Counted from the stretch's first letter, positions 1 to 10,152 are shown. The stretch: DNA of 64,000 nucleotides from Minisyncoccota bacterium (GCA_035627655.1 DASPLI010000001.1:601605-665604); one strand, 5' to 3'. Made by a program: numbers and translations. Notes: generated from the letters alone by a model not told the origin.

Positions 1-228
1 GTCATACGTCGACTGTCGGAGGATCGTGAGCATCTCGTATTTATTCTCTGGGGAAACTACGCGAAGGCGAAAGGCGCGCATATCGATCGAACCAAGCACT
101 GCGTCATAGAGTCCGCACACCCTTCGCCGTTTTCTGCAGCAAATGGCTTCTTTGGCTCCCGACCATTCTCGAAAGCAAATAGATATCTTATGGAGCACGG
201 CAACGAGCCGATTGATTGGCTTTCCTAA
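1..228 (+). CDS. ung: 3' fragment of uracil-DNA glycosylase (runs off the window start)
   Basis: Frame 1 translates to ...LVFILWGNYAKAKGAHIDRTKHCVIESAHPSPFSAANGFFGSRPFSKANRYLMEHGNEPIDWLS*. This matches the Ung C-terminus (HPSPLSA..GFFG..FS.AN motifs). TAA at 226-228. Confidence 0.6.
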   Translation, partial: VIRRLSEDREHLVFILWGNYAKAKGAHIDRTKHCVIESAHPSPFSAANGFFGSRPFSKANRYLMEHGNEPIDWLS

Positions 229-284
229 ACGCGCGATGAAGCGGCGCGCTGGAATATCGCGCCGTTGCTTGGTATCTTGTCCGG

Positions 285-1562
285 ATGAAAACCGAAGTTC
301 CCGGCATCGAATTTGTACGGCAGGTGGGGGAACTGAAGGAGTACAAACTCCTTAAAAACGGCCTCACGATTTTGCTTGCCTCAGATCTCGAGTCCCCGGT
401 TGCGGGACTCATGGTGACGTACCATGTCGGGTCGCGACATGAAGGCATCGGGTACACTGGCGCAACGCATCTGCTTGAGCACCTGATGTTCAAGGGATCC
501 CAGAAGTTTCCACGCGAGAAAGGAGCGGACCTGCTTGAAGCACGCGGTGCCATTCTTAACGCAACGACGTGGATGGATCGCACAAACTACTATGAAATCG
601 TTCCGGTAACGCTTCTGCCGTTTGCTGCAGAGTTTGAGGCGAGCCGCATGCGTGGCGCAGTGATTTCAGAAAAAGACCGCGTCTCCGAGATGCCGATCGT
701 CTGGAACGAGTTTGAGCGCGGCGAGAACCATCCGATCGAGGCGCTCGATAAACTGATTTGGTCAACGGCATTTCAAGCACATCCGTACCATCACAGCACG
801 ATCGGCTGGAGAAGCGATATTGAGAATGTGTCGATCGAACGACTTCAGCAATTTTATAACGATTTCTACTGGCCTAATAACGCGACTGTTTCGATTGTGG
901 GTGGCATAGATGAGGTTTCAGCGCTGAAACTCATCAAGGAGCATTTTGGCGAGATTCCGCACTCTCCAAACCCTATTCCGCGTCCGTATACCACTGAGCC
1001 GGTGCAGGAGGGCGAGCGTCGCGTGATTGTTTCGAGAACCGGTCCCAACATGGTGGGTATGGGACACAAAATCCCGAACGCACACCACCCGGATATGGCC
1101 GCTATCGGCATGCTCGGCACGCTCCTTGCCGGACATAAGCGCAGCCGCCTATACCGTCGATTTATAGATACGGCCATGGCCACTTCGGTGAGCGCCTACG
1201 GCCTCCCACTCCATGATCCGGGACTCTTTACAACCTACGTCACTCTTGCAGACGGGGTGTCTCACGCGGATATAGAAAAAGGACTCAAAGAAGAATTTGC
1301 GCTGCTTGCAAAGAAAGGGCCGACGAAGGCGGAGCTTGCGCAGGCACGACGCTACCTCCGCGCCTATACCGCGGAAAAACGCGACGGGGCGTACGCATTC
1401 CTCTCAGCACTCAACGAAGACATTGCAACCGGAGACTGGACTCGCTTTGTCCGTTTCCCTGAAGCAATGCTTCGCGCTACCGAGGCTGACATTGCAAAGG
1501 TCGCTAAGCGCTACTTGGTCGACGATCAGGCGACCGTCGGCTGGTTCGTCGGCAAACCCTAA
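285..1562 (+). CDS. M16 family zinc peptidase, active subunit
   Basis: Contains HLLEHLMFKG, the inverted HxxEH zinc motif of pitrilysin/M16. 425 aa with coherent composition. Followed 2 nt later by a second M16 paralog. Confidence 0.85.
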   Translation: MKTEVPGIEFVRQVGELKEYKLLKNGLTILLASDLESPVAGLMVTYHVGSRHEGIGYTGATHLLEHLMFKGSQKFPREKGADLLEARGAILNATTWMDRTNYYEIVPVTLLPFAAEFEASRMRGAVISEKDRVSEMPIVWNEFERGENHPIEALDKLIWSTAFQAHPYHHSTIGWRSDIENVSIERLQQFYNDFYWPNNATVSIVGGIDEVSALKLIKEHFGEIPHSPNPIPRPYTTEPVQEGERRVIVSRTGPNMVGMGHKIPNAHHPDMAAIGMLGTLLAGHKRSRLYRRFIDTAMATSVSAYGLPLHDPGLFTTYVTLADGVSHADIEKGLKEEFALLAKKGPTKAELAQARRYLRAYTAEKRDGAYAFLSALNEDIATGDWTRFVRFPEAMLRATEADIAKVAKRYLVDDQATVGWFVGKP

Positions 1563-1564
1563 AC

Positions 1565-2839
1565 ATGAAGCACGCTATGCAACTCCCACAGATCCACGAA
1601 GTACGAACAGACGGCATGCGTTTGCTCGCTGTGCGCACGCACACGAAGGACGTTGTTGTGATCGTCGGCAGCATTCTCGGCGGCAGCCACATGCAGCCAG
1701 TCTCAAAGCGCGCGGTTGCGTGGACGATGGAAGACCTGCTCGATGCAGGCACCAAGAAGCACACGAAGGAGGAGCTTCGCGATCAGCTCTCGTCTCTAGG
1801 TGCGTCCCTCTCATTCTCCTGCGGCGGAGACCGCCTCTTCTTCGAAGCAACCTGTCTTCCAGAAGATATCGATACGGTACTCGGCATCGTCGTTGAATGT
1901 CTTACCGAAGCAACATTCCCGAAGAAAGAGATCGAGCTGTCGATCAAGCGCCAAATCGCTGGACGAACGGAAAGCAAGAGCGATACCGGTCGGGAAGCGG
2001 TTCGAGCGCTTGAGCGGACGCTCTACGAGAAATCGCATCCAGGCTACACCATGACAGCGGACGAAGGCATCGTCTCGCTTCGAAAAGTGACGCGCAAAGA
2101 TATTGTCGATATGTATCGAAAGCTTGGGCGGACAGGCCTCACGTTCGCTATCGGCGGCGACATTGATCCGGAGAAGTGTTTACGGCTTGCCGAGCGCAAA
2201 CTCAAAGCGCTGCCGGAAGGAAAATTCGCTCCAACGGTTATGCCAGTCCCCAAACGACAGCCGAAGAAAGAGGTGCTGGTGAAGATCAAGGATAAGGCAA
2301 ACGTTGACGTGATGCTTGGCGTTCGCGCGCTCATCAACCGGGATCATCCGCAATTCCTCGCGTTTCGCGTCCTGCTGTCGCTCCTTGGCGGTGGTGGTAT
2401 TTCTACGGGACACCTCATGCGCACGGTGCGGGAGCGTGACGGCCTGACATATGGCATTCGTGCATTTGCTGCGGAGTTTGCGGACCGGGCAGACGGCTAT
2501 ATGGCTATCTGGGCGACCTTCGCACCGAAGGTATATGAGAAAGGTGTCGAGACGATCCGAAAAGAAGTGCGCTCCTTCTTCCGCAATGGCATCACGAAAG
2601 AATTGCTCGAAGCAAAGAAGGAAGAGATGCTCGGCAAGTACCTGGTTGGTCTTTCAACCACGAGCGGATTAGTCTCCACACTCCATGGCAATGCGATTGA
2701 AGACAAAGAGACCGCATATCTCTTGGAGTATCCAAAGGAGCTGCAGAAGCTGACCTTGGACGATATTCATAACGCACGAAAGCTGGTGCCACTGACCGAG
2801 CTCTCGCTTGCCGCTGCGGGCACCTTTGCCAAACCATGA
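1565..2839 (+). CDS. M16 family peptidase, partner/non-catalytic-type subunit
   Basis: 424 aa with an M16-like fold signature and no HxxEH motif. Tightly coupled to the upstream M16 gene. Confidence 0.75.
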   Translation: MKHAMQLPQIHEVRTDGMRLLAVRTHTKDVVVIVGSILGGSHMQPVSKRAVAWTMEDLLDAGTKKHTKEELRDQLSSLGASLSFSCGGDRLFFEATCLPEDIDTVLGIVVECLTEATFPKKEIELSIKRQIAGRTESKSDTGREAVRALERTLYEKSHPGYTMTADEGIVSLRKVTRKDIVDMYRKLGRTGLTFAIGGDIDPEKCLRLAERKLKALPEGKFAPTVMPVPKRQPKKEVLVKIKDKANVDVMLGVRALINRDHPQFLAFRVLLSLLGGGGISTGHLMRTVRERDGLTYGIRAFAAEFADRADGYMAIWATFAPKVYEKGVETIRKEVRSFFRNGITKELLEAKKEEMLGKYLVGLSTTSGLVSTLHGNAIEDKETAYLLEYPKELQKLTLDDIHNARKLVPLTELSLAAAGTFAKP

Positions 2840-3090
2840 AAAAGCTCTGGTTCAAACGAAAGGTATTTGGGTGGGGTTGGTATCCCGTTTCGTGGGAAGG
2901 ATGGGCGGTAACCATTGGGTATGCGATCTTGGTACTGCTTGCAGTCTCAACGATCGACGAGCAATCGTCGATGCGTGAGATCATGTTCACTGCCGTTCTC
3001 CCGATCGCACTTCTTACGATAGCGCTTATCCGCATTTGCTACCGGACTGGCGAGGCGCCCAAGTGGCAATGGGGCAAATCGGAAGAATAG
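2836..3090 (+). CDS. small membrane protein (2 predicted TM)
   Basis: Its ATG overlaps the stop of the upstream M16 gene (ATGA). Two hydrophobic helices (AVTIGYAILVLLAV, FTAVLPIALLTIALI). Confidence 0.4.
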   Translation: MKKLWFKRKVFGWGWYPVSWEGWAVTIGYAILVLLAVSTIDEQSSMREIMFTAVLPIALLTIALIRICYRTGEAPKWQWGKSEE

Positions 3091-3124
3091 ATCGAGTGCT
3101 CCAAGTCATGGTATCTTCTCTTGC

Positions 3125-5047
3125 ATGACTGTTCGGGAAGTGCGCGACCGGTATCTAGCCTTCTTTAAAAGCCGCACCCATACGGTTATTCCGTCTGCGC
3201 CAATCGTTCCCGGAAACGATCCGACGACCCTCTTTACCTCTTCCGGCATGCAGCCGTTGGTTCCATACCTGCTCGGGAAGGACCATCCGGAAGGCGTGCG
3301 GCTCGTCAATTCGCAGCTAAGCTTCCGCGCGGGAGACATTGAAGAAGTGGGCGACAACCGCCACACCACCTTCTTTGAGATGCTTGGAAACTGGTCGCTC
3401 GGAGATTACTTCAAACAAGAGCAGCTGCCGTGGGTATTTGAATTCCTCACTTCCAAAGAAGAAGGACTGGGGCTGAATCCGGAGAATCTCTATGTCACCG
3501 TATTTGCCGGAGACGCAGAGAGCGGCATGGCTCCCGATACCGAATCAATCGGTATCTGGCAGGAACTTTTTAAAGGGAAGGGTATCGACGCTCCCTTTGT
3601 GGAGCTTGGCAGCGAGGCAGGCGGATACGAGAAGGGCATGCAGGGCGGCCGTATCTTCTCCTACGATGCAAAGAAGAATTGGTGGAGTCGCGCCGGTGTT
3701 CCAACAAAGATGCCGGCTGGCGAGCCGGGCGGACCGGACTCTGAAGTCTTCTACGACTTCGGCCTTCCACATGATCCTAAGTGGGGCGAGCACTGCCACC
3801 CGAATTGTGACTGCGGCCGATTCATCGAGATTGGAAACTCGGTGTTCATGCAGTTTATTAAGAATCAGGATGGTTCGTTCTCTGAGCTTCCCAAGAAGAA
3901 CGTGGACTTCGGTGGTGGCCTAGAGCGCCTGACAGCCGCCACCCTTGGCGACCCAGATGTCTTTAATATTGATGTGTTTGCTCCGGCACGCGCACTTCTT
4001 GAAGAGCGAAGCGGAAAAGGGTATGGCGAGAGTGAGAGCGTGACCCGCTCCTATCGCATCATTCTTGACCATATTCGTGCAGCAACCTTCATGCTTGCCG
4101 AAGGCGTTCTTCCATCCAATACCGAAGCGGGATATGTGCTTCGCCGCCTTATCCGCCGCGCAATTCGAGAAGCGGATCGGCTCGGCGTGCACGAGACCCT
4201 ACTTGCAGACGTGGTTGCTGGTTTTGCCGCTGCCTACGGAGATCACTACCCGCACATCGCACAGAATGTCGAGAAGATCCGCGAAGGACTCAAGGCGGAA
4301 GAAGACAAATTCAGGAAGACGCTAGAACAAGGATTGAAGGAGCTCAATAAACTTCCTTTGGGACCTGGTTACGTTGTAGGAGGAGATACAACCACGATGT
4401 TTGTAACGACATATGGATTTCCCGCAGAACTTATCTCAGAAATTGCTCAAGAAAGAGGAGCGAGTGTCGATCTTGAAACGCACGAGCGAAATATGGAAGA
4501 GCATAGAGCTAAGTCTCGTGAAGGAGCAGCGCAGAAGTTTGCCGGTGGTCTTGCGGATCACTCGGAGCAGACCGTGCGCTATCACACCACGCACCACATT
4601 CTGCTCAAAGCACTCCAGACGGTGCTTGGCGGGGAGGTAAAGCAGCGCGGATCGAACATCACGGCAGAGCGCCTTCGCATCGACTTCTCGTACGGATCAA
4701 AAATGACGGACGAGCAGAAGGCGCAGGTAGAAAAGATCGTAAATGAAGTGATCTATCAGGATCTTCCGGTTACCCGCACCGTCATGCCAAAGACTGAGGC
4801 AGAACAGCTTGGCGCACAGATGGAGTTCGGCGTGAAGTATCCGGACATGGTGTCCGTGTATTCAGTCGGACCAGCACATGCAACCGAAGATGCTCCAGAT
4901 ATTCCAAACGCATTCTCGCTTGAATTTTGTGGCGGACCGCATGTTTCAAATACCCGCGACATACACGAAGGAGGGAAGAAGTTTCGTATTCAAAAGGAGG
5001 AGGCAGTCGCCGCTGGCGTTCGTCGCATCAAAGGCGTGCTCGATTAA
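3125..5047 (+). CDS. alaS: alanyl-tRNA synthetase, short form (catalytic + editing domains, no C-Ala domain)
   Basis: N-terminus FTSSGMQP..., the HCHPNCDCGRFIEIGNSVFMQF core, the editing-domain HTTHHILLKAL motif and a CGGPHV zinc motif. 640 aa. Confidence 0.85.
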   Translation: MTVREVRDRYLAFFKSRTHTVIPSAPIVPGNDPTTLFTSSGMQPLVPYLLGKDHPEGVRLVNSQLSFRAGDIEEVGDNRHTTFFEMLGNWSLGDYFKQEQLPWVFEFLTSKEEGLGLNPENLYVTVFAGDAESGMAPDTESIGIWQELFKGKGIDAPFVELGSEAGGYEKGMQGGRIFSYDAKKNWWSRAGVPTKMPAGEPGGPDSEVFYDFGLPHDPKWGEHCHPNCDCGRFIEIGNSVFMQFIKNQDGSFSELPKKNVDFGGGLERLTAATLGDPDVFNIDVFAPARALLEERSGKGYGESESVTRSYRIILDHIRAATFMLAEGVLPSNTEAGYVLRRLIRRAIREADRLGVHETLLADVVAGFAAAYGDHYPHIAQNVEKIREGLKAEEDKFRKTLEQGLKELNKLPLGPGYVVGGDTTTMFVTTYGFPAELISEIAQERGASVDLETHERNMEEHRAKSREGAAQKFAGGLADHSEQTVRYHTTHHILLKALQTVLGGEVKQRGSNITAERLRIDFSYGSKMTDEQKAQVEKIVNEVIYQDLPVTRTVMPKTEAEQLGAQMEFGVKYPDMVSVYSVGPAHATEDAPDIPNAFSLEFCGGPHVSNTRDIHEGGKKFRIQKEEAVAAGVRRIKGVLD

Positions 5048-5094
5048 ACGATCAACCGCCCCAGACCTAGAGGCCTGAGGCGGCCGAAAGAGCT

Positions 5095-5421
5095 TTAAGA
5101 AGCAAGCAGGTGCGGCACCGATGTGATCAGATGGTACGCACCGAACGCGGTGATCGCGAGCGTGATGGCCCAGGGGAAGATTTGCTTGCGCAGGTCAGTG
5201 CGCAAGAACCCCATGATTGTCATCATGGCGACGCCGAGAGCGATCTGGCCGGAGCCGAGAACGACGTCTTGTGCGTGCTGTTCGATCGGAGTATCGCCGG
5301 TGAAGACGAAGAAGCTTCCGAACAGGAACAACACGCCGACGGCGGTCAGGGCGGTCACGAGCCATTTCAGGATCGGTTCGTCCGCAAATTGCTTTTGTTC
5401 AACAGCAGTGGCTTTCGCCAT
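5095..5421 (-). CDS. small integral membrane protein (3-4 TM)
   Basis: 108 aa and strongly hydrophobic. An AT-rich promoter-like region lies upstream at 5422-5500. Confidence 0.45.
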   Translation of the reverse strand: MAKATAVEQKQFADEPILKWLVTALTAVGVLFLFGSFFVFTGDTPIEQHAQDVVLGSGQIALGVAMMTIMGFLRTDLRKQIFPWAITLAITAFGAYHLITSVPHLLAS

Positions 5422-5538
5422 GTGTGGAGCTCCTTAGGACCCCTATGGTCCCGATGGGTAAATAATATCATAAATATAAGATATTGTCAATGGTATGAAA
5501 ATGAATACGGGACGACGTGAGTCGTCCCGTACGGGTAG

Positions 5539-5814
5539 TTATGCAGCCGGAGATGCGGCCTGCGCCTTAAGGGGACACCAGGATGGTGAATCGCCCTCTT
5601 TGCGCAGGTTATATGGCCGGATCGCGGGCATAACGATGCGATACTCCGACCGCTGCGAAAGGTACTCGGAGTTCACGTCTTGCTCGGGATTCTTCACGTC
5701 CGTGCAAACGATCGCCTTATCGTCGTCATTGAACGAGTCGTGCGGGTCGTCGTCCCGAATCACGCGATGCTTGGGACAATCCATGCAGTTCTCGTAGGTT
5801 TTGACGTTGGTCAC
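5539..5814 (-). CDS. small Cys-containing hypothetical protein
   Basis: An AAGGAGG Shine-Dalgarno (SD) site sits 8 nt upstream of a GTG start (minus-strand 5814). The product contains CMDCPKH...IVCTD. Start choice is uncertain. Confidence 0.3.
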   Translation of the reverse strand: MTNVKTYENCMDCPKHRVIRDDDPHDSFNDDDKAIVCTDVKNPEQDVNSEYLSQRSEYRIVMPAIRPYNLRKEGDSPSWCPLKAQAASPAA

Positions 5815-5893
5815 AACACTATCCTCCTTTCCTGCTTTGAAGGTACTGAAAAGCGACTGACTCGTCAAACAATGCCGTATACTGGAGGACAAT

Positions 5894-6997
5894 ATGGGGT
5901 TGTTTGGTCCTTCGCGTCCATCGCACTATGCGGTCGTTGATATCGGCTCTTCGTCGATTGGTGCTGCGTATGTATCTATACACGAGAAAGATGCGCCGCT
6001 GGTTGTGTACGCGGTTCGTACCCCGTACGAAGGACGCTCTGCAGGACCCACTGACATGCTCCGAACGCTTGATGCAACGCTTCGGGACCTCACCACTAAT
6101 GGCGGACCCATTTTGAAGAAAGTAACCGGACACGCACAAGTAGAAGGTTCCTACGTGTATGTGGGTGCCCCGTGGCAGGTGAGTGAGCTGACCGCCAAAC
6201 GAGTCGAGAAGGAGAAGCCGTTCCAATTCACCAAGGAAATGCTCGCCGAGGCGCTTCGAACAGCTCCCGGAGGCCGAAGCACCATCGTGGCAAGCCTCAT
6301 GAACGGATACGAGACCGTCAACCCTATCGGCAAGCGGGTAAAGCGAGCAGATACCATCGTGCTGGCTTCCCATATCGAGCCACAGCTGCAGTCTCTTATT
6401 TATCGAGCGGTCCGCGGAGCTACCGGATCTTCCAAATTACAGCTCTACTCCTTCGGCGAGCTTGCTCCGCCCGCTATTTCAGCAGTCGCAGGCGGTGAAG
6501 AAGAGTTCTTGGTGCTGCGGGTAACGAAAAATGCGACCAGTTTCGCGTTTATTAAGCGCGGACTTTTGGCCGGCACGCGTTCGCTTGCTGTTGGCACGCG
6601 ACTGTTTATAGAAGCTGCACGAGAGCGCGGCGTGTCGTCTCTCCGTTCAATCACGGAAGGAAAGGGGCTCATCGATAAATCGAAAAGCGGGCGGCTGGCG
6701 TCTCGCCTTGAAGAAGCGCAGCGTTCCTGGCTCCTCCAAGTGCGTGAAGGATTGCGCGAGCTTGCCGCAGGCAGAGCGCTCCCGCGCGCCGTCTTTCTCT
6801 TTGCCGAAGGACCAGACGCGCATTTTGTCTCGAGACTCCTCAACGCTCCCGAGATTCATGATCTCTGGCTCTCCGATGAGCCACTGACGGTGGTGCCCAT
6901 AACGTCGCACCACTTTGATCCGTTCCTGCACCGGGTGGAAGGATCGGTTGAAGACCCCTTCCTTGACGCACTTGCGCTTGTGGCGTCCCGTGGATAG
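5894..6997 (+). CDS. actin-fold (ASKHA) ATPase-like protein, FtsA/PilM-like
   Basis: The N-terminal VVDIGSSSIGAAYV matches the phosphate-1 motif of actin-like ATPases (FtsA/MreB/PilM). 367 aa. Confidence 0.45.
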   Translation: MGLFGPSRPSHYAVVDIGSSSIGAAYVSIHEKDAPLVVYAVRTPYEGRSAGPTDMLRTLDATLRDLTTNGGPILKKVTGHAQVEGSYVYVGAPWQVSELTAKRVEKEKPFQFTKEMLAEALRTAPGGRSTIVASLMNGYETVNPIGKRVKRADTIVLASHIEPQLQSLIYRAVRGATGSSKLQLYSFGELAPPAISAVAGGEEEFLVLRVTKNATSFAFIKRGLLAGTRSLAVGTRLFIEAARERGVSSLRSITEGKGLIDKSKSGRLASRLEEAQRSWLLQVREGLRELAAGRALPRAVFLFAEGPDAHFVSRLLNAPEIHDLWLSDEPLTVVPITSHHFDPFLHRVEGSVEDPFLDALALVASRG

Positions 6998-7063
6998 GGG
7001 TGGTCGCTCAGGTCTGCGGCTTGTATACTTTCTGGGTACTACTTATTCGGCAATCTGTAATCT

Positions 7064-8287
7064 ATGCCTCGATCAATCACCGACATCGTCCCGCCGTCCC
7101 GCCGCCGCTCCATGGAGGGTGCTGAGACCCCGCCGCCGTATGTCCCGCCGTCTGCGCCTCGTCGCGGAAAGGGCGGCTTCCCCTGGAAGTGGGTGATTGC
7201 AACGATTGTCGTTATTGCTGCCTGTGTGGCAGTGCTGTTTGCCTTTGGAGGCACGAAGGTAGAAGCAACCCCAGTTATGAAGAGTGCGACGGTGTCTGGC
7301 GAATTTGCTGCAACGCCGTCTGCAGGCGATCTGCCGTACCAGGTGATTTCCGTTGAGAAGGTTGGTGCGAAGGAGATAAAGGCAGAAGGAACGGAGACTG
7401 CAAATGTCCCGGCCCAGGGCACTGTCACTATCTATAACGCCCAGGATAAGACGCAGGAGCTCATCAAGAACACCCGCTTTGAGACGCCGGAAGGCCTCAT
7501 CTTCCGCATCCATGAACCAGTCAAGATTCCTCCCGGCACCACGGCAAACCCTGGTGAGGTGAAAGCAACCGTTTATGCAGACGCAGGCGGCGAACGCTAC
7601 AACATCGGCCCGTCCACCTTCACGCTTCCCGGCCTTGCAAACTCCGCTACCTTTGACCTGGTATACGCCCGCTCGACCGAGGCAATGTCTGGCGGCTTCA
7701 CGGGCGAGCGTCCGTCTATCCCGCAGACGACCCGCGAGAGCACCTATGCTGCTATGCAGGGCAACCTCCAGGCCGAGCTTGATGCTGACCTCGCGTCTCG
7801 CATTCCTGAAGGCTACGCACTCCTCTCTGGCGCAACCTTCTACACCTACACGCCGCAGCCAGACGGTGCGGGTAAGAGTGACGCGGTAAACCTCCAGCTC
7901 AAGGGAACGGCAAACGCCTACGTCTTCCCGAAGGATGCGCTTGCGCGCGCAATCGCGTTCCGCTCGCTTGGCGTTTATGGCGGCCAGCCGGTCACCGTAC
8001 CTGCAACTGATGGACTGACGCTGACTCCGGTCAACGGCACGCCAGCAGGGGATACGGAGACCTTCGCCTTCACCCTCGCCGGTAGCACCAATATCGTCTG
8101 GGTTGTAGATCCTGTTGAGCTTGCAGGCGCTATTGCCGGCAAGAGCCGGGACGCAGCCCGCACCATCCTTGCTGGCTTTAGCGAGCTGGCAGAGGCAAAG
8201 TTGGTGGTCCGCCCGTTCTGGGCAGGCACCCTTCCTGCAGACCCCGCAAAGATCACGGTCGAGATCATGCAGCCGAAAGCCGAATAG
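7064..8287 (+). CDS. membrane-anchored hypothetical protein (Pro-rich N-terminus, single TM, large extracytoplasmic domain)
   Basis: TM helix WVIATIVVIAACVAVLFAF with coherent composition. The antisense 463-aa ORF was rejected (see noticed_but_rejected). Confidence 0.5.
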   Translation: MPRSITDIVPPSRRRSMEGAETPPPYVPPSAPRRGKGGFPWKWVIATIVVIAACVAVLFAFGGTKVEATPVMKSATVSGEFAATPSAGDLPYQVISVEKVGAKEIKAEGTETANVPAQGTVTIYNAQDKTQELIKNTRFETPEGLIFRIHEPVKIPPGTTANPGEVKATVYADAGGERYNIGPSTFTLPGLANSATFDLVYARSTEAMSGGFTGERPSIPQTTRESTYAAMQGNLQAELDADLASRIPEGYALLSGATFYTYTPQPDGAGKSDAVNLQLKGTANAYVFPKDALARAIAFRSLGVYGGQPVTVPATDGLTLTPVNGTPAGDTETFAFTLAGSTNIVWVVDPVELAGAIAGKSRDAARTILAGFSELAEAKLVVRPFWAGTLPADPAKITVEIMQPKAE

Positions 8288-8332
8288 GTTTGACGCGGTT
8301 ATACGGGTCTGATAGGATACGACGGCATCACG

Positions 8333-8551
8333 ATGGCAGATGAGCAAGCGGGCACAACGGTAACCGGCACCGTCGAAGAGGTGTTGCCGAATTCTCTGTT
8401 TCGGGTCCGATTGGAATCCGGAGATCTCCTGCTTGCGTATCTGGCTGGGAAAATGCGGCTCCACAGGATCCGCGTCCTAGTCGGGGATTCTGTTGAGCTG
8501 GTGACCGATCCATATGGCGGTCGCGCTCGCATCGTGAGGCGCCTTTCCTAA
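8333..8551 (+). CDS. infA: translation initiation factor IF-1
   Basis: 72 aa, [31 protein letters not shown]... (S1-like OB fold). Confidence 0.9.
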   Translation: MADEQAGTTVTGTVEEVLPNSLFRVRLESGDLLLAYLAGKMRLHRIRVLVGDSVELVTDPYGGRARIVRRLS

Positions 8552-8559
8552 TAACAACG

Positions 8560-8676
8560 ATGAAAGTACGAGCATCCATTAAGAAGCAGCAGCCGGGGGA
8601 CATTATCGTCCGCCGTCGTGGACGCTTGTACCGCATCAATAAGCTCAAGCCCCGCCGCAAGGCTCGCCAGGGCTAA
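8560..8676 (+). CDS. rpmJ: 50S ribosomal protein L36
   Basis: Not in the ORF track (<60 aa). ATG at 8560, [41 protein letters not shown] at 8674-8676. Confidence 0.85.
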   Translation: MKVRASIKKQQPGDIIVRRRGRLYRINKLKPRRKARQG

Positions 8677-8692
8677 TATTTTTCGTACTGTT

Positions 8693-9073
8693 ATGCGTAT
8701 TGCCGGTGTAACCATTCCTGACAACAAGCAGCTCCTCTACGCGCTGCCACTTATCTATGGCATTGGTCCTGCTCGCGCACGCGACATTCTTGAGAAGGCA
8801 AAGGTGCCGACCACCAAGAAGGGTTCCGAACTCTCTTCTGATGAGGAGCAGACGGTTCGCTCACTTGCCGAGTCCTATTTGATCGAAGGTGAGCTTCGCC
8901 GCGAGATCGCGCAGAACATCAAGCGCCTTAAGGATATTGGTGCAGACCGCGGTGTTCGCCATGCTCGCCGCCTTCCGGTTCGCCACCAGCGCACGAAGAC
9001 CAATTCTCGTACGGTGCGCGGCAACACCCGCAAGACGATGGGTTCTGGTCGCCGTACCCTTGAAAAGACATAG
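8693..9073 (+). CDS. rpsM: 30S ribosomal protein S13
   Basis: MRIAGVTIPDNKQ... starts at the internal ATG at 8693 of ORF 8618..9073. Confidence 0.9.
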   Translation: MRIAGVTIPDNKQLLYALPLIYGIGPARARDILEKAKVPTTKKGSELSSDEEQTVRSLAESYLIEGELRREIAQNIKRLKDIGADRGVRHARRLPVRHQRTKTNSRTVRGNTRKTMGSGRRTLEKT

Positions 9074-9076
9074 CCT

Positions 9077-9511
9077 ATGGGAAAGAAACGAATCATCAAA
9101 AAGAGTGGTAAGGGATTGGATCAGGGCCGCAAGGAGCGCGCGCTTTCCAAGATCGCCAAGCGCAAGCTCGAGAAGGGCGTGCTGCATGTTGAAGCTACCT
9201 TCAACAACACCAAGGTCGTCCTCACGGACGAAAAGGGTAATGCGGTTATGTCCTCTTCTGCAGGCGCCCTTGGTTTCTCTGGTGCTCGCAAGTCAACGCC
9301 GTATGCTGCCGCTAAGGTCGGCGAGCTTCTCGGCGAGAAGGCTATGGCGATCGGCCTCAAGGAAGCATCCGTGGTCATTCGCGGTATCGGTGCTGGCCGC
9401 GAGTCTGCACTCCGCGGTTTTGCCGGCAAGGGCATCGCTATCCGCGCTATCAAGGACGCAACCCCGGTTCCGCACAACGGTCCGCGCCCACCTAAGCCTC
9501 GTCGCGTATAA
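9077..9511 (+). CDS. rpsK: 30S ribosomal protein S11
   Basis: 144 aa with conserved S11 sequence (VLHVEATFNNTKVVLTD...). Confidence 0.9.
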   Translation: MGKKRIIKKSGKGLDQGRKERALSKIAKRKLEKGVLHVEATFNNTKVVLTDEKGNAVMSSSAGALGFSGARKSTPYAAAKVGELLGEKAMAIGLKEASVVIRGIGAGRESALRGFAGKGIAIRAIKDATPVPHNGPRPPKPRRV

Positions 9512-9514
9512 CCT

Positions 9515-10123
9515 ATGAAAACTGTCTCTAAGTACAAGCTCGCAAAGCGCCTTGGTGCCTCGATCTTCGAGAAGACCCAGTCGCAGAAGTTCGCGCTCGC
9601 CGCTGAGCGTTCTGCAAAGAACAAGAAGCGCGGCCGCGGTGCAACCGAATTCGGCAAGCAGCTGCTTGAGAAGCAGAAGGTGCGCGTTACCTATGGCATT
9701 TCTGAGCGCCAGTTCGTCAACTACGTAAAGGAGGCTATGGCCACCAAAGGCCAGAACCCTGCTGAGGTGCTTCATCGTCTCCTCGAGCTTCGTCTGGATA
9801 ATGTTGTGTATCGCATCGGTCTTGCACCGACCCGCCGTGCCGCACGCCAGATGGTGTCGCACGGTCATATCACCGTAAACGGTGTAAAGACCACGATCCC
9901 GTCCCGCCGCATGCGGATCGGGGATCAGTTTGCGGTACGCGACGGCTCGAAGAGCGCAACGCTCTTTGCTACCTTCGCGGACAAGTTCGCGGAGCGTCCG
10001 CTTTCCTCATGGCTTTCCTTTGAGGCAAAGGGCATGAAGGGAACCATCGAGGCGCTGCCACCGGTAGATACCGCTGATGCGGCCGGTGACCTCGTCTCGG
10101 TGCTTTCGTTCTACAGCCGCTAG
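9515..10123 (+). CDS. rpsD: 30S ribosomal protein S4
   Basis: 202 aa with an S4 domain (VVYRIGLAPTRRAARQMVSHGHITVNG). Confidence 0.9.
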   Translation: MKTVSKYKLAKRLGASIFEKTQSQKFALAAERSAKNKKRGRGATEFGKQLLEKQKVRVTYGISERQFVNYVKEAMATKGQNPAEVLHRLLELRLDNVVYRIGLAPTRRAARQMVSHGHITVNGVKTTIPSRRMRIGDQFAVRDGSKSATLFATFADKFAERPLSSWLSFEAKGMKGTIEALPPVDTADAAGDLVSVLSFYSR

Positions 10124-10152
10124 TTTTTATTCACGGTAATTACGATTGAGTT

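Noticed and set aside
143-583. ORFs 143..355 (+) and 188..583 (-) at the ung / M16 junction
   Set aside because: They overlap the ung tail and the M16 start in other frames. No support.
7073-8464. 463-aa minus-strand ORF antisense to the 7064..8287 membrane-protein gene
   Set aside because: Extremely Cys/Arg/Gly-rich, low-complexity composition typical of antisense frames in high-GC DNA. The plus-strand gene has a clean TM helix and sensible composition.
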